From the NCBI GenBank assembly GCA_963662715.1, contig OY759724.1, positions 1,882,662-1,946,661 on the forward strand: 64,000 nucleotides of DNA, in the 5' to 3' direction. Within the stretch, counting starts at the first letter, position 1. Each line of letters begins with the position of its first letter. The stretch comes from Candidatus Omnitrophota bacterium. GTDB lineage: Bacteria > Omnitrophota > Gorgyraeia > Zapsychrales > JANLHA01. Of this stretch, positions 22,211-32,227 are shown one piece after another. The position numbers and the translations under genes are program-made. The notes beneath the pieces are model-generated. The model searched no databases. It was not told the origin of the DNA and was given only the letters and a program-made list of their open reading frames with translations.

Positions 22211-23515
22211 ATGGTTAAAAAATTTTCTATTCCCAGAGGCACAATAGACATTTTGCCGGAGGAAGCAGCTTTAAGGCAGAAGATTGAGGGGGTTTTTAGA
22301 ACTTGTCTGCGTGCATACGGTTATAAGGAAATCCGGACTCCCGCTTTTGAGGAAACAGCCCTTTTTATCCGTTCCATCGGGGCAACGACAGATGTCGTGC
22401 AGAAACAGATGCTTCAGTTGGCCGCGCAAGGTCCTGATGAGGACGTCCCGCGTTTAAGCGGTTTGTCCCTGCGCCCGGAAGGAACGGCTGCCGTGGCCCG
22501 CTCTTACATTGAGCATAGCCTGGATAAACAGGAACAGCTGTCGAAGTTCTACTATATTTGTCCTATGTTCAGAGGTGAACGGCCGCAGAAAGGGCGTCTC
22601 CGGCAGTTTCATCAGGCCGGGGTTGAAGTGATGGGGCCCCAGTCGTCTTCTCCGTACCTGGATGCAGAAGTCATAACCCTGAGTGTCCGTTTACTGAATC
22701 TGCTGGGGCTTGAAAACTTCCGCCTGAAAATCAATTCTTTAGGAACCAAAGAAGATAAAGAAAACTTTTCCCGTATCCTGCGGGAAAAATTAGCGCCCCG
22801 CAAACAGGATTTATGCCAGGATTGCCAGAGCCGTCTGCAGCGGAATGTTTTCCGTATCCTTGACTGCAAGCACAAAGCATGCCGGGCGATTGTTAAAAAA
22901 CTGCAGATCAGCGACAGCCATTTATCCCCGGAAAGCCGGCAGTATTTTCAGCAGGTTTGCCGTATTCTTGACCAGCTTAATATCCGTTATGAACATGTTC
23001 CGTCCATGGTGCGGGGACTGGATTATTATACCCATACGGTTTTTGAGATTTCGGATGAATCTTTAGGCAGTCAGGATGCCTTGGGCGCCGGCGGCCGTTA
23101 CAATAGCCTTATACGCGACCTGGGGGGGCCGGAGATTGATGCTGTGGGTTTTGCCCTGGGGATTGAGCGCATTATTCTGGCTTTGCCGGAAGACCGGAAA
23201 CGCGCGACCCCGGAGACCGCGGATGTTTTTCTGGTGGCTTTAAATGAGTCCTGCCGGGACAAGGCTGTGGAAATCCTTTATGCTTTGCGCCATGCCGGCA
23301 TAGCCAGTGACATGAGTTACCGCAGGGCGTCGGTTAAAAGCCTCATGCGGCAGGCAGATAAAAGCGGGGCGCGTTTTGTGATGATTTTAGGTGAAGATGA
23401 ACTGGCTAAGGATGTTGTCACGCTCAAAGATATGATTCAGGGAGAACAGAAAGAAGTGCCGTGTTCGGAGATTGAACAGGCTGTCCGTCAATATATTCTT
23501 CAAAAGAAAGGTTGA
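22211..23515 (+). CDS. hisS: histidine--tRNA ligase
   Basis: class II aaRS motifs, HisRS-type anticodon-binding domain; 434 aa. Confidence 0.9.
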   Translation: MVKKFSIPRGTIDILPEEAALRQKIEGVFRTCLRAYGYKEIRTPAFEETALFIRSIGATTDVVQKQMLQLAAQGPDEDVPRLSGLSLRPEGTAAVARSYIEHSLDKQEQLSKFYYICPMFRGERPQKGRLRQFHQAGVEVMGPQSSSPYLDAEVITLSVRLLNLLGLENFRLKINSLGTKEDKENFSRILREKLAPRKQDLCQDCQSRLQRNVFRILDCKHKACRAIVKKLQISDSHLSPESRQYFQQVCRILDQLNIRYEHVPSMVRGLDYYTHTVFEISDESLGSQDALGAGGRYNSLIRDLGGPEIDAVGFALGIERIILALPEDRKRATPETADVFLVALNESCRDKAVEILYALRHAGIASDMSYRRASVKSLMRQADKSGARFVMILGEDELAKDVVTLKDMIQGEQKEVPCSEIEQAVRQYILQKKG

Positions 23516-23524
23516 GATTGTATT

Positions 23525-24916
23525 ATGTTAAGAACACATACTTGCGGAGAATTAAGAAAAGAACATAAAGACCAGATCGTAACGCTGTGCGGATGGGTGC
23601 ATAGGCGGCGGGACCATGGTAAATTGATTTTTATCGATATCAGGGACCGCTACGGCATTACCCAGGTTGTTTTTGTGCCTTCGGTCAGCCCGGAAGCCCA
23701 TGATCTCGCGCAGACTTTAGGTCCTGAATATGTCGTTAAGATTACCGGGAAAGTCGGCGTGAGGCCGCCGAAAAACGTGAACCCGGATATCCCCACCGGA
23801 GAAACCGAACTCTGTGCGGAAGGATTGGAAATTTTAAATGCGAGCCAGGTCCCGGTTTTTGAAGTGGACGATCAGGCGGAAGTCTCCGAGGAACTGCGCC
23901 TGACTTACCGTTATCTGGACATCCGCCGGCCGAAGTTGTTGAACTCTTTGATCCTCAGGGATCAGTTGTGTTCGGTTCTAAGAAATTTTCTGCACCAGCA
24001 GAAATTCCTTGAAGTTGAGACGCCTGTCCTGACGAAGTCCACCCCGGAAGGGGCCAGGGACTTCCTCGTGCCCGCCCGGCTGAACCCCGGCCATTTTTAC
24101 GCTTTACCGCAGTCGCCCCAGCTTTTTAAGCAGATGCTGATGGTCTCGGGCATTGACCGGTATTATCAAATCGTCAGGTGCTTCCGGGACGAAGACCTGC
24201 GGGCTGACCGCCAGCCGGAATTTACTCAGCTGGATATGGAGATGTCTTTTGTCTCCGAAGAAGATATTTTCTCGGTGACCGAAGACATGTTCCGGACCGT
24301 TTTTAAGGAAGTTTTGGGCATGGACCTGCCGACGCCTTTCCCGCGCATGTCCCACGCCCAGGCCATGGAGCAATACCAGTCAGATAAACCCGACGTCCGC
24401 AAACACGATAATGAATTTGCGTTTCTTTGGGTTGTGGATTTCCCTATGTTCAAATATAATGATGAAGAACAGAGATGGGAGAGCGAGCATCATCCTTTTA
24501 CTTCCATGAAAGAAGCAGACTTATGCTATCTTGAAAGCGAGCAATATGATAAAATAAGGGCAATGTCTTATGACCTGGTTTTAAACGGACACGAAATCGG
24601 CAGCGGATCGGTCCGTATTCACCGTAGAGATATTCAAAAAAAGGTGTTTGAAATTATCGGCTTGGACAAGGAAGAAATTGAGAAACGTTTTGGTTTCCTT
24701 TTGAGAGCATTTGAATTTGGCGCGCCCCCTCATGCCGGGGTGGCTTACGGGATTGACCGCATCGTCAGTATTTTAGCCGGGTTAGACTCGATCAGAGACA
24801 CCATTGCTTTTCCTAAAACGCAAAAAGGGACATGCTTGGTTACGGACGCCCCTTCCAGTGTCGGAGAGCGGCAGTTGGCCGAGTTAGGTGTTATGACTCT
24901 TAACCAAGATCAATAA
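23525..24916 (+). CDS. aspS: aspartate--tRNA ligase, bacterial type but lacking the GAD insertion domain
   Basis: OB anticodon domain, motif 2 FRDEDLRADRQPEFTQLDMEMSF, motif 3 GxGxDR; DKPDVR is followed directly by FAFLWVVDFPMF with no GAD insert; 463 aa. Confidence 0.85.
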   Translation: MLRTHTCGELRKEHKDQIVTLCGWVHRRRDHGKLIFIDIRDRYGITQVVFVPSVSPEAHDLAQTLGPEYVVKITGKVGVRPPKNVNPDIPTGETELCAEGLEILNASQVPVFEVDDQAEVSEELRLTYRYLDIRRPKLLNSLILRDQLCSVLRNFLHQQKFLEVETPVLTKSTPEGARDFLVPARLNPGHFYALPQSPQLFKQMLMVSGIDRYYQIVRCFRDEDLRADRQPEFTQLDMEMSFVSEEDIFSVTEDMFRTVFKEVLGMDLPTPFPRMSHAQAMEQYQSDKPDVRKHDNEFAFLWVVDFPMFKYNDEEQRWESEHHPFTSMKEADLCYLESEQYDKIRAMSYDLVLNGHEIGSGSVRIHRRDIQKKVFEIIGLDKEEIEKRFGFLLRAFEFGAPPHAGVAYGIDRIVSILAGLDSIRDTIAFPKTQKGTCLVTDAPSSVGERQLAELGVMTLNQDQ

Positions 24917-24954
24917 GCCAAACATTTAAAGGTTAATACCAGGAGGTGAACATA

Positions 24955-25548
24955 ATGTTCAGAACAATGAGTCGCGGGATCAGTATCCTTATTATTATGG
25001 TGTTGCTGGCCGGATGTGCCGGATCAGGCTCAGCGATCCGTACGCGTTCTTATGTTGTGGAGAAAGAACGTGTTGACCAGAACATGGAGGGCGGCAACTA
25101 CGGATACATTTTCGGAACTCCCGTGCCGGAAGACCGCAGCAGCTATAAAAAGACGCGGGAAGTTTATGTCTTGGAATTTACGAAAGAAGATGTTGATGAA
25201 CAGGAAGAGAGTTTTGATACGTTATTGCCTCCGCCCCCGCCCCGGCCGCAAGTGACAAGCACGCCTCCGCCCCGCCGGGAACCCCGCCGGGAACCGGTTG
25301 ACGAATATGACGCGATCAGCCTTCCCAACTTCGATGACGATATCCCCGAGAGTGAGCCGGAACCGGTCATGCGCGCGATGGATTATACGGATTATACGAT
25401 CCAGAAGAATGATACGCTGCAGAAGATCTCCAAGAAGTTTTATGATACATACCGTAAATGGCCGCAGATCTATGAAGCCAATAAGGACAAAATTAAAGAT
25501 CCGAACCGTATTAAACCGGGCGTGACCATCCGTATCCCTGCCGAGTGA
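24955..25548 (+). CDS. LysM-domain lipoprotein with Pro-rich linker
   Basis: lipobox LLAGCAG, PPPPPRP linker, C-terminal LysM (YTIQKNDTLQKIS...IKPGVTIRIP). Confidence 0.6.
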   Translation: MFRTMSRGISILIIMVLLAGCAGSGSAIRTRSYVVEKERVDQNMEGGNYGYIFGTPVPEDRSSYKKTREVYVLEFTKEDVDEQEESFDTLLPPPPPRPQVTSTPPPRREPRREPVDEYDAISLPNFDDDIPESEPEPVMRAMDYTDYTIQKNDTLQKISKKFYDTYRKWPQIYEANKDKIKDPNRIKPGVTIRIPAE

Positions 25549-26507
25549 TGGAAAAGATATTATATTTAGACAGTATCCGGGACCTGCAGGTCCTGTGCGG
25601 CCAGTACGACCAGAATCTGAAATTAATCGAACATGAGCTGAAAGTCCGGCTTGTCAGGAACGACAACGGGCTTAAGGTTATCGGGAAAAAAGATCAGGTT
25701 CAGAAGGTCAGCGAACTGGTCGATTATCTGTTGAGTATTGCTGCCGACGGACGGGAGGTCAAAAAAAGAGATATCTTCTACGCCCTGCAGCTGACGAAAC
25801 CGGAAAAGGGCGTTGATTTCAAACGCCTTTCCAAAGAGAAAATCGAGGTCCCCACCAAGGGGGGCTTGATCACCCCCAAAACCAAAGGCCAGATAGAATA
25901 TATCGAGGCGATCAAACGGTACGATATTGTTTTTGGCATCGGCCCGGCCGGGACCGGAAAAACGTATTTGGCCATGGCGATGGCGGTCAATGCTTTAAAG
26001 AAAGGTCTCATCCGCCGCATCGTCCTCACCCGTCCGGCGATCGAAGCCGGGGAAAACCTGGGATTTCTCCCCGGGGACATGATCGAAAAAGTCCTGCCGT
26101 ATTTGCGCCCTCTTTATGATGCCCTTTATGACATGATGGACCCTGCCAAAGTGGAGCAGTATACGGAACAGGGCATTATTGAAGTGGCTCCTTTGGCCTT
26201 TATGCGCGGCCGCACGTTAAACGATGCTTTCGTTATTCTGGACGAAGCCCAGAACAGCACGCCGTTTCAGATGAAGATGTTTCTGACCCGCCTGGGTTTT
26301 GATTCGAAAACCGTCATTACCGGAGACGTGACGCAGAGCGATCTCCCCAAAGGAAAACAAATAGGATTGGTCCACGCCCAGAAAATTCTTCAGGGGATCG
26401 AGGGGATCAAATTCATTGAATTGACCTCCGAGGATGTCGTGCGGCATGAACTGGTCCAGAGGATTATTGAGGCCTACAGCCGCAGTGAAAGGGAGGATTT
26501 GTCCTGA
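25545..26507 (+). CDS. phoH: PhoH-family ATPase
   Basis: GIGPAGTGKTYLAMAMAV Walker A; phoH/7TM-HD/ybeY operon context. Confidence 0.85.
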   Translation: MMEKILYLDSIRDLQVLCGQYDQNLKLIEHELKVRLVRNDNGLKVIGKKDQVQKVSELVDYLLSIAADGREVKKRDIFYALQLTKPEKGVDFKRLSKEKIEVPTKGGLITPKTKGQIEYIEAIKRYDIVFGIGPAGTGKTYLAMAMAVNALKKGLIRRIVLTRPAIEAGENLGFLPGDMIEKVLPYLRPLYDALYDMMDPAKVEQYTEQGIIEVAPLAFMRGRTLNDAFVILDEAQNSTPFQMKMFLTRLGFDSKTVITGDVTQSDLPKGKQIGLVHAQKILQGIEGIKFIELTSEDVVRHELVQRIIEAYSRSEREDLS

Positions 26508-26531
26508 TAGCCGGGATAAGGATTTTGTCTT

Positions 26532-28013
26532 ATGAAAGAATTCATTCAGTCACATGTTTCCTTTAAAGATGCGATTCTGATTATTTTCACGCTCCTGCTG
26601 CTTATCGTCTTCTGCCAGGTGGTCGGCTTTTCGCTGATTATTCCTTTCCTGCTGCTTTTCCTCGGTGTGCAGATCTTTTTTCTGCAGAAAGCCGACTATC
26701 GTCTGTTCCTGCAGTTAGGTCTGCTGTTGTCCTTGAACGTGGCCGGGACGAACTATCTCATGCAGCACACGAGCATTTCCCCGTTTTTTGTCCCGGTGGC
26801 CGCTTTTTCGATGCTGGTGATTCTTCTGTACAATGATACGGTTCTGGCTTTTATCATGGCCTTTCTCACCAGTGTCATAACGAGCCTGCTTTTGAACAAC
26901 AGCCTTTACGCGATGGAAGGCCGGGCTTTGATGGGCAGCGAACTGGAGATCATGCTGATTTTTTTCCTGGGAAGCCTCGCCGCGGTGTATACGGTCAAGG
27001 AAGCCCGGACCAGGGGGAGTATTATAGCGACGGGAATTTACGTGGCCATTATTCAGGTCGTGGCGTTTTTGCTGTTTCATCACGAAACGGACCTGCTCAT
27101 CAACCGGGAATTCTATTCCAAATATATTTATCCGCTGGCGATCAACGGCGTTGTTTCTTCTTTCGTCGTTATGGCGACTTTAAAAGTTTTTGAAACCTGG
27201 TTCGGCGTCTTAACGAATTTCAGTCTGCTGGAATTGACGGATTTCAATCAGCCGCTCTTAAAACGCATGATTCTGGAAGCCCCGGGCACTTACCATCACA
27301 GCCTCGTTGTGAGCAATATCGCCGAAGCGGCTTCAGACGCGGTCGGGGCCAATGCCCTGCTGACGCGCGTCGGGGCTTATTATCATGACGTCGGGAAGAT
27401 GGTCAAGCCGGAATACTTCACCGAAAACCAGCAGGTCGGGCGGAACAAACACGATTTCATTGAGCCGAATGTCAGCCGGCTCGTGATCCTTAACCATGTC
27501 AAAGAAGGCCTGGAACTGGCCAAAAAATATAAACTCAATCCCGTGATTTATTCTTTTATCGTTCAGCACCACGGGACAGGCCTCATGTATTATTTTTACC
27601 AGCGGGCCCTGGAGGACGCCGAAGACCAAACCTCGGTCAAAGAGGAAGCGTTTCGTTACCCGGGGCCGAAACCGCAGAGCAAGGAAACGGCCATCGTGCT
27701 TTTAGCCGATTCTGCGGAAGCTGCGACCCGGTCTTTGGACGACCCGACGCCCAAAAAGATTGAAGAACTTGTCCGGAAGATTATCAATAATAAGTTTATC
27801 GACGGGCAGCTGGATGAATGTGATTTAACCCTTAAAGAAATTGAACTGATCGCGCAATCATTCACCCGGGTTTTGAGTGCGATGTACCACAGCCGGGTGA
27901 AATATCCGGAAAAGAAGAATGGCAGTGACAGTCGAAATCAGAAATCAGCAGAGAAGAATCCCCCTCCACCTCCATCCGGTCGACCGAATCATCAAGACGG
28001 TTCTGCAGGCTGA
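26532..28013 (+). CDS. 7TM-receptor with intracellular HD hydrolase (HDIG) domain
   Basis: N-terminal multi-TM then HD domain (HHSLVVSNIAE...YYHDVGK). Confidence 0.75.
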   Translation: MKEFIQSHVSFKDAILIIFTLLLLIVFCQVVGFSLIIPFLLLFLGVQIFFLQKADYRLFLQLGLLLSLNVAGTNYLMQHTSISPFFVPVAAFSMLVILLYNDTVLAFIMAFLTSVITSLLLNNSLYAMEGRALMGSELEIMLIFFLGSLAAVYTVKEARTRGSIIATGIYVAIIQVVAFLLFHHETDLLINREFYSKYIYPLAINGVVSSFVVMATLKVFETWFGVLTNFSLLELTDFNQPLLKRMILEAPGTYHHSLVVSNIAEAASDAVGANALLTRVGAYYHDVGKMVKPEYFTENQQVGRNKHDFIEPNVSRLVILNHVKEGLELAKKYKLNPVIYSFIVQHHGTGLMYYFYQRALEDAEDQTSVKEEAFRYPGPKPQSKETAIVLLADSAEAATRSLDDPTPKKIEELVRKIINNKFIDGQLDECDLTLKEIELIAQSFTRVLSAMYHSRVKYPEKKNGSDSRNQKSAEKNPPPPPSGRPNHQDGSAG

Positions 28014-28398
28014 AGGCATTGTTCAGGCGGAACTTTCGGTCGTCTTTGTTACGGACACTCAAATCCGAGCTTTGAACAAAACGTATCTTCGTCATGACGG
28101 ACCGACTGACGTGCTGGCCTTTGATTTAAGCGGACCGTTACTCCCGGAGGGGAAGGGGACGCCCCGGCGGCGGAACATAAAATCCCTGGAAGGGGAGCTA
28201 GTTATTTCGACGACAACGGCGGCCCGTCAGGCGAAAGAATATCAGACCAGCCCTTTTCAGGAAGTGGCTTTATATCTTGTGCACGGCATTCTTCACTTGT
28301 GCGGATATGATGACCATTGCCAGAGAGATATCAGTAAAATGCGCAAGAGAGAACGGGAATTGATGGAGCTGCTGGGAAGAAAGAAATATTTGGCATAG
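27919..28398 (+). CDS. ybeY: endoribonuclease YbeY (rRNA maturation factor)
   Basis: HGILHLCGYDDH zinc-binding motif; overlaps upstream gene by 95 nt. Confidence 0.85.
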   Translation: MAVTVEIRNQQRRIPLHLHPVDRIIKTVLQAEGIVQAELSVVFVTDTQIRALNKTYLRHDGPTDVLAFDLSGPLLPEGKGTPRRRNIKSLEGELVISTTTAARQAKEYQTSPFQEVALYLVHGILHLCGYDDHCQRDISKMRKRERELMELLGRKKYLA

Positions 28399-28655
28399 GA
28401 TATAAAGAAAGAAGCAGGGCGTTTTCCCTGCTCAGACAGTCCTCGCTGCGGATGTTTTCCTGCACGAGAGTGAAACATCCGGCTGCGGAACTCGCGATGA
28501 AAAACCCCCTGCTTCTTTCAGGGGTAGTGAGGATGGCGGAGGCCGCCTTTTGTCGGGTACGGAGGATGCAAGATATTATGCCAGGAAAAGAGGAAAGCAG
28601 GGAGTTTTCCCTATAGCGTAGCTGAGTGCCTGGGGCAGCAAAGAGGGTGTAGGGG

Positions 28656-29387
28656 ATGATTATAAAAACCCAAGGAATTGTTTTAAAGTCTTTCGATTTC
28701 CGGGAGACGAGCCGTATCGCAACTTTTTTTACCAGGGAGCAAGGGAAAGTCAGCGGTGTTTTGAAAGGGATCCGCAAGGATCACCGCAAATTCGGCTCCA
28801 GCCTGGAGAGATTCAGCGAGAATGACATTGTTTACTATCAGTATAGAAATTCCGACCTGCATCTTATCAGCCAGTGCGACCTGATCCGGTATTTTCTTGC
28901 GGTCCGCCAGGACCTTAAAAAGTCTTTGGCCGCAAGTTATATCCTGGAACTGGTTTATATTGTTATGCCTCCGGAAGAAGTGAACAAGAACGTCTATCAG
29001 CTGATGCTGGACTTTCTGGCGGCATTGGAAGAGACGACAGATATCAACCAGCTTGTTTATATTTTTCAGATCAAAATGTTGTCTTATTCCGGTTTCCGCC
29101 CGCATCTGGATGCGTGTTTGAAATGCAAGCGGGAAGTTTCCGGAACGGTCAAATTCAGTCCCCAGGAAGGCGGGCTGATCTGCTTGAAATGCCGCTCTGC
29201 CGACCCCAATATCCAGATGATTTCTCAGGGGACGGTGTCTTCGATCCTTCATGTCGAGAAAAGCGACTGGGCGGGGTGCCTGAGATTAAAGTATTCTCCT
29301 TTTGTCCAAAAAGAGTTAAAATATATACTAAATAATTTTCTGGTGTTTCATTTAGGGAAAAAAATCCGTTCAGCAAAATATGTCTAA
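28656..29387 (+). CDS. recO: DNA repair protein RecO
   Basis: N-terminal OB fold MIIKTQGIVLKSFDFRETSRI; C4 zinc motif CLKC...CLKC. Confidence 0.85.
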   Translation: MIIKTQGIVLKSFDFRETSRIATFFTREQGKVSGVLKGIRKDHRKFGSSLERFSENDIVYYQYRNSDLHLISQCDLIRYFLAVRQDLKKSLAASYILELVYIVMPPEEVNKNVYQLMLDFLAALEETTDINQLVYIFQIKMLSYSGFRPHLDACLKCKREVSGTVKFSPQEGGLICLKCRSADPNIQMISQGTVSSILHVEKSDWAGCLRLKYSPFVQKELKYILNNFLVFHLGKKIRSAKYV

Positions 29388-29473
29388 TTAGAAGTCCTTT
29401 CAAGACCTCTCCTCGATGAATCCGGTTCCGCAAGGAGGTCTTGGGACGGCTTCCCATGGAAAAGGAGTCAAGC

Positions 29474-30160
29474 ATGAGAAGAAAAGCACAGGGATTAATG
29501 AGTATTTTATTTGTTTTGACGCTGCTGACAGGCGCCTCCGCGGCCGAAGCGCAGGAGGGATCCCCCATCCTGGATGCCGCTCAGCAGGCTTTAATGGAAA
29601 AAACACTGCAGAGCGGGACCCTGGATATTTTTGATGCAGAGAGTAACCAGGTGAGAAATTTGCAGAGGATCAAGGTTTCCGATCAGGTGACCCGTCAGGA
29701 TGATGGGCATGTGGTGCTCGCTGATTACCGGGATATCAACACCGGTGATATTGTGGAAATTGAAGTCATCGTTGTCGAGGACGGGGCTGATTATCAGGCC
29801 GAAGATATAAGGATTAAAGGGGTCAAAGCGTTGGAAAAAGATGAATCGCTTAAAGATAAAGAGTATACGGATGAAGAGATCCAGGCGTTCATGCGCAATG
29901 CTCTGGAGAAGCAGGGGCAGTTCACTGACGGCAAAATCATGCTGTTTGACGAGGATGCCGCCAAGATGCGGAACCTGGAATTGCTGGAACTGAAAGACGA
30001 AGTCCGCCGCATGGGTATTTTCTACAACTGCCGGGGCCAGTTCCGTGATGCGGACAGCGGCGACCTTTTGGGGATTGACGTTTCTGTTGAAAACAAAGAC
30101 GGGGTTTTGATGATGCAGGCGCTGCGCATCAGGAATGTCCGTAAAGCCCCGAAAGAGTAA
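29474..30160 (+). CDS. secreted hypothetical protein
   Basis: signal peptide MRRKAQGLMSILFVLTLLTGASAAEA; aaaggag RBS. Confidence 0.5.
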   Translation: MRRKAQGLMSILFVLTLLTGASAAEAQEGSPILDAAQQALMEKTLQSGTLDIFDAESNQVRNLQRIKVSDQVTRQDDGHVVLADYRDINTGDIVEIEVIVVEDGADYQAEDIRIKGVKALEKDESLKDKEYTDEEIQAFMRNALEKQGQFTDGKIMLFDEDAAKMRNLELLELKDEVRRMGIFYNCRGQFRDADSGDLLGIDVSVENKDGVLMMQALRIRNVRKAPKE

Positions 30161-30236
30161 ACCTGCGGCCCTTCGGGCGGTCTTAACGGATTTTGCACTC
30201 GCGGCCGGACGCCCTATGGTGAATTTAAATATGAAG

Positions 30237-30273
30237 GGCAGGTGAGGAGATTTCCGCTCACCTGCCCTTTTTG
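30237..30273 (+). terminator. rho-independent terminator
   Basis: GGCAGGTGAG-loop-CTCACCTGCC followed by CTTTTTG. Confidence 0.6.
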
Positions 30274-30344
30274 ATTAAGAGGCGTCCCGTAAGGATGGCG
30301 TTTCTGCCCCGACTATTGGGTGAGCCCGAAGAAAAAGGTGTGTT

Positions 30345-31391
30345 ATGGAAAACAAAATTTTATTTTTTGATACCAAGCCTTACGACAAGAAATCTTTCGA
30401 AGAAAGTAATGAGCCGTTTCATTATGAAATAACTTATTTGAAGACCCATCTCAACCAGGAAACGGCCAAATTTGCCTCGGGCTATCCCAGTGTGTGCGCT
30501 TTTGTGAATGACGAGATTGACGCTTCGGTGATCAGGATTCTTAAACAGGAAGGGGTGAAGCTTATCGCTCTTCGCAGTGCCGGGTATAATAACGTGGATT
30601 TAAAGGCCGCGTATGATAACCGGCTTCATGTTGTGCGTGTGCCCGGTTATTCCCCGCATGCCGTGGCCGAGCATGCCGTGGCCCTTATGCTGACGCTCAA
30701 CCGCAAGACACACAAAGCGTATTTCCGGACGAGGGACGGGAATTTTTCCATTAACGGATTATTGGGGTTTGACATGCACCGGAAGACCGCCGGCGTTGTG
30801 GGCACCGGACAGATCGGCCTGTGTCTTATTAACATCCTGCGGGGTATGGGGATGGAAATCTTGGTTTACGACCCTTACCCTAATAAAATTCTGGAGGGCA
30901 AGGAAGGGGTTTCTTATGTCGATCTGCCGGAGCTTTACAGACGGTCTGATGTGATTTCCCTGCACTGTCCTCTGACCACTGCGACCCATCACATGATCCA
31001 GGAAAAAAGCATAGCCCAGATGAAAGACGGCGTCATGCTGATTAACACCGGGAGGGGAAAGCTTATAAAAACAACGGCGCTTATCTCGGGTCTTAAACAG
31101 GGGAAGATCGGCTCGGCCGGCCTGGATGTTTATGAGGAGGAGCACGAATACTTTTTTGAGGATTTTTCCTCCTCTTTAATCAGCGATGATCTTTTGGCCC
31201 GCCTTTTGACATTCCCGAATGTGCTGATCACGTCTCATCAGGGTTTTTTCACCCGCGAGGCGCTGGCGAATATTGCCGACACAACCCTGCGGAACATTTC
31301 CGCTTTTCTCAAGGGGGAATTTATGGAGAATGAAATTTGCTATAGATGCGGGAACGTCTGCCGCAAAAAGCAGGGGAAAAGGTGTTTTTAA
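30345..31391 (+). CDS. ldhA: D-2-hydroxyacid (D-lactate) dehydrogenase with Cys-rich C-terminal tail
   Basis: NAD-binding GTGQIG, catalytic R/E/H pattern of D-isomer 2-hydroxyacid dehydrogenases; tail CYRCGNVC...KRC. Confidence 0.8.
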   Translation: MENKILFFDTKPYDKKSFEESNEPFHYEITYLKTHLNQETAKFASGYPSVCAFVNDEIDASVIRILKQEGVKLIALRSAGYNNVDLKAAYDNRLHVVRVPGYSPHAVAEHAVALMLTLNRKTHKAYFRTRDGNFSINGLLGFDMHRKTAGVVGTGQIGLCLINILRGMGMEILVYDPYPNKILEGKEGVSYVDLPELYRRSDVISLHCPLTTATHHMIQEKSIAQMKDGVMLINTGRGKLIKTTALISGLKQGKIGSAGLDVYEEEHEYFFEDFSSSLISDDLLARLLTFPNVLITSHQGFFTREALANIADTTLRNISAFLKGEFMENEICYRCGNVCRKKQGKRCF

Positions 31392-31409
31392 CGCGGGGGG
31401 AAATTTAAC

Positions 31410-32033
31410 ATGAACACTCCTTTCAACAGAGAAACAATACACCGTTATCTGAGCCGGACCGTTATCTTGTTTTTTTTCCTGTTCTGCCTGTCCGCGTCCC
31501 GAGGGGAGGCCGTGGAAGAATACCGCATCGATCCGGGGCCGTCGCATATTAAAGGTTCTATCAAATACAGCGTTGTGGGCCGGTATCACGCGGAGTTCAA
31601 TAAATTCTCCGGCGTCCTTTATTACGACCCTGCCCAGAAGAAACTCGTCGGAGTAAGCCTGACGATCGAAAACGCATCCCTGCAGTCCAGGTTCGACAAT
31701 TTAGACCGGATCGTGCAGTCTCCCCGGCTGCTGTACGTCGAAAAATACCCCACGACCACGTTTCATAGCAAATCCATGGTCCCGGTTGAGAAGAATAAAT
31801 ATATTGTTACCGGGGATCTGAGCCTTCACGGCGTTACCCGGGAGATCTCTTTCCCTTTCTCAGCCGAAGGGCCTTTGCCGAAGGATGCGCCTGCCGGCAT
31901 TTCGGCTAAAGGGCTCTGGATTATCCCCCGCAAGGATTATGATATCTATTGGCATGAAATTTTAGACAAGGGGGGGATATTGGTCGGGAATCATTTGAAG
32001 GTCGATTGGGAAATTCATGCTTTTAAGGAATAA
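31410..32033 (+). CDS. YceI-family periplasmic protein
   Basis: signal peptide; YceI-like HGVTREISFPF motif. Confidence 0.7.
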   Translation: MNTPFNRETIHRYLSRTVILFFFLFCLSASRGEAVEEYRIDPGPSHIKGSIKYSVVGRYHAEFNKFSGVLYYDPAQKKLVGVSLTIENASLQSRFDNLDRIVQSPRLLYVEKYPTTTFHSKSMVPVEKNKYIVTGDLSLHGVTREISFPFSAEGPLPKDAPAGISAKGLWIIPRKDYDIYWHEILDKGGILVGNHLKVDWEIHAFKE

Positions 32034-32227
32034 CGCCTTTTTTCTCCGGTTCATTGGCCGGACGGATTGATGTTGTCCGGGGCATTAGTCGCCGGAACGA
32101 CGGCGCCCTGGGACAGAAGCTGTCCGGGCACGATATTATGACGAACACGGCCGTGTAAAAACAGCGACCCTGACGGCCGGGATTTTCATTTATCTATTTT
32201 TTGCCGTTAATTTTTAGGGAGGATTTT

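Noticed and set aside
27919-28013. 95-nt overlap between the 7TM-HD gene and ybeY, considered as a possible frameshift or fusion
   Set aside because: Both reading frames give full-length family-typical proteins. The overlap is most simply explained by a long C-terminal tail on the 7TM-HD protein or by alternative start choice for ybeY, not a disruption.
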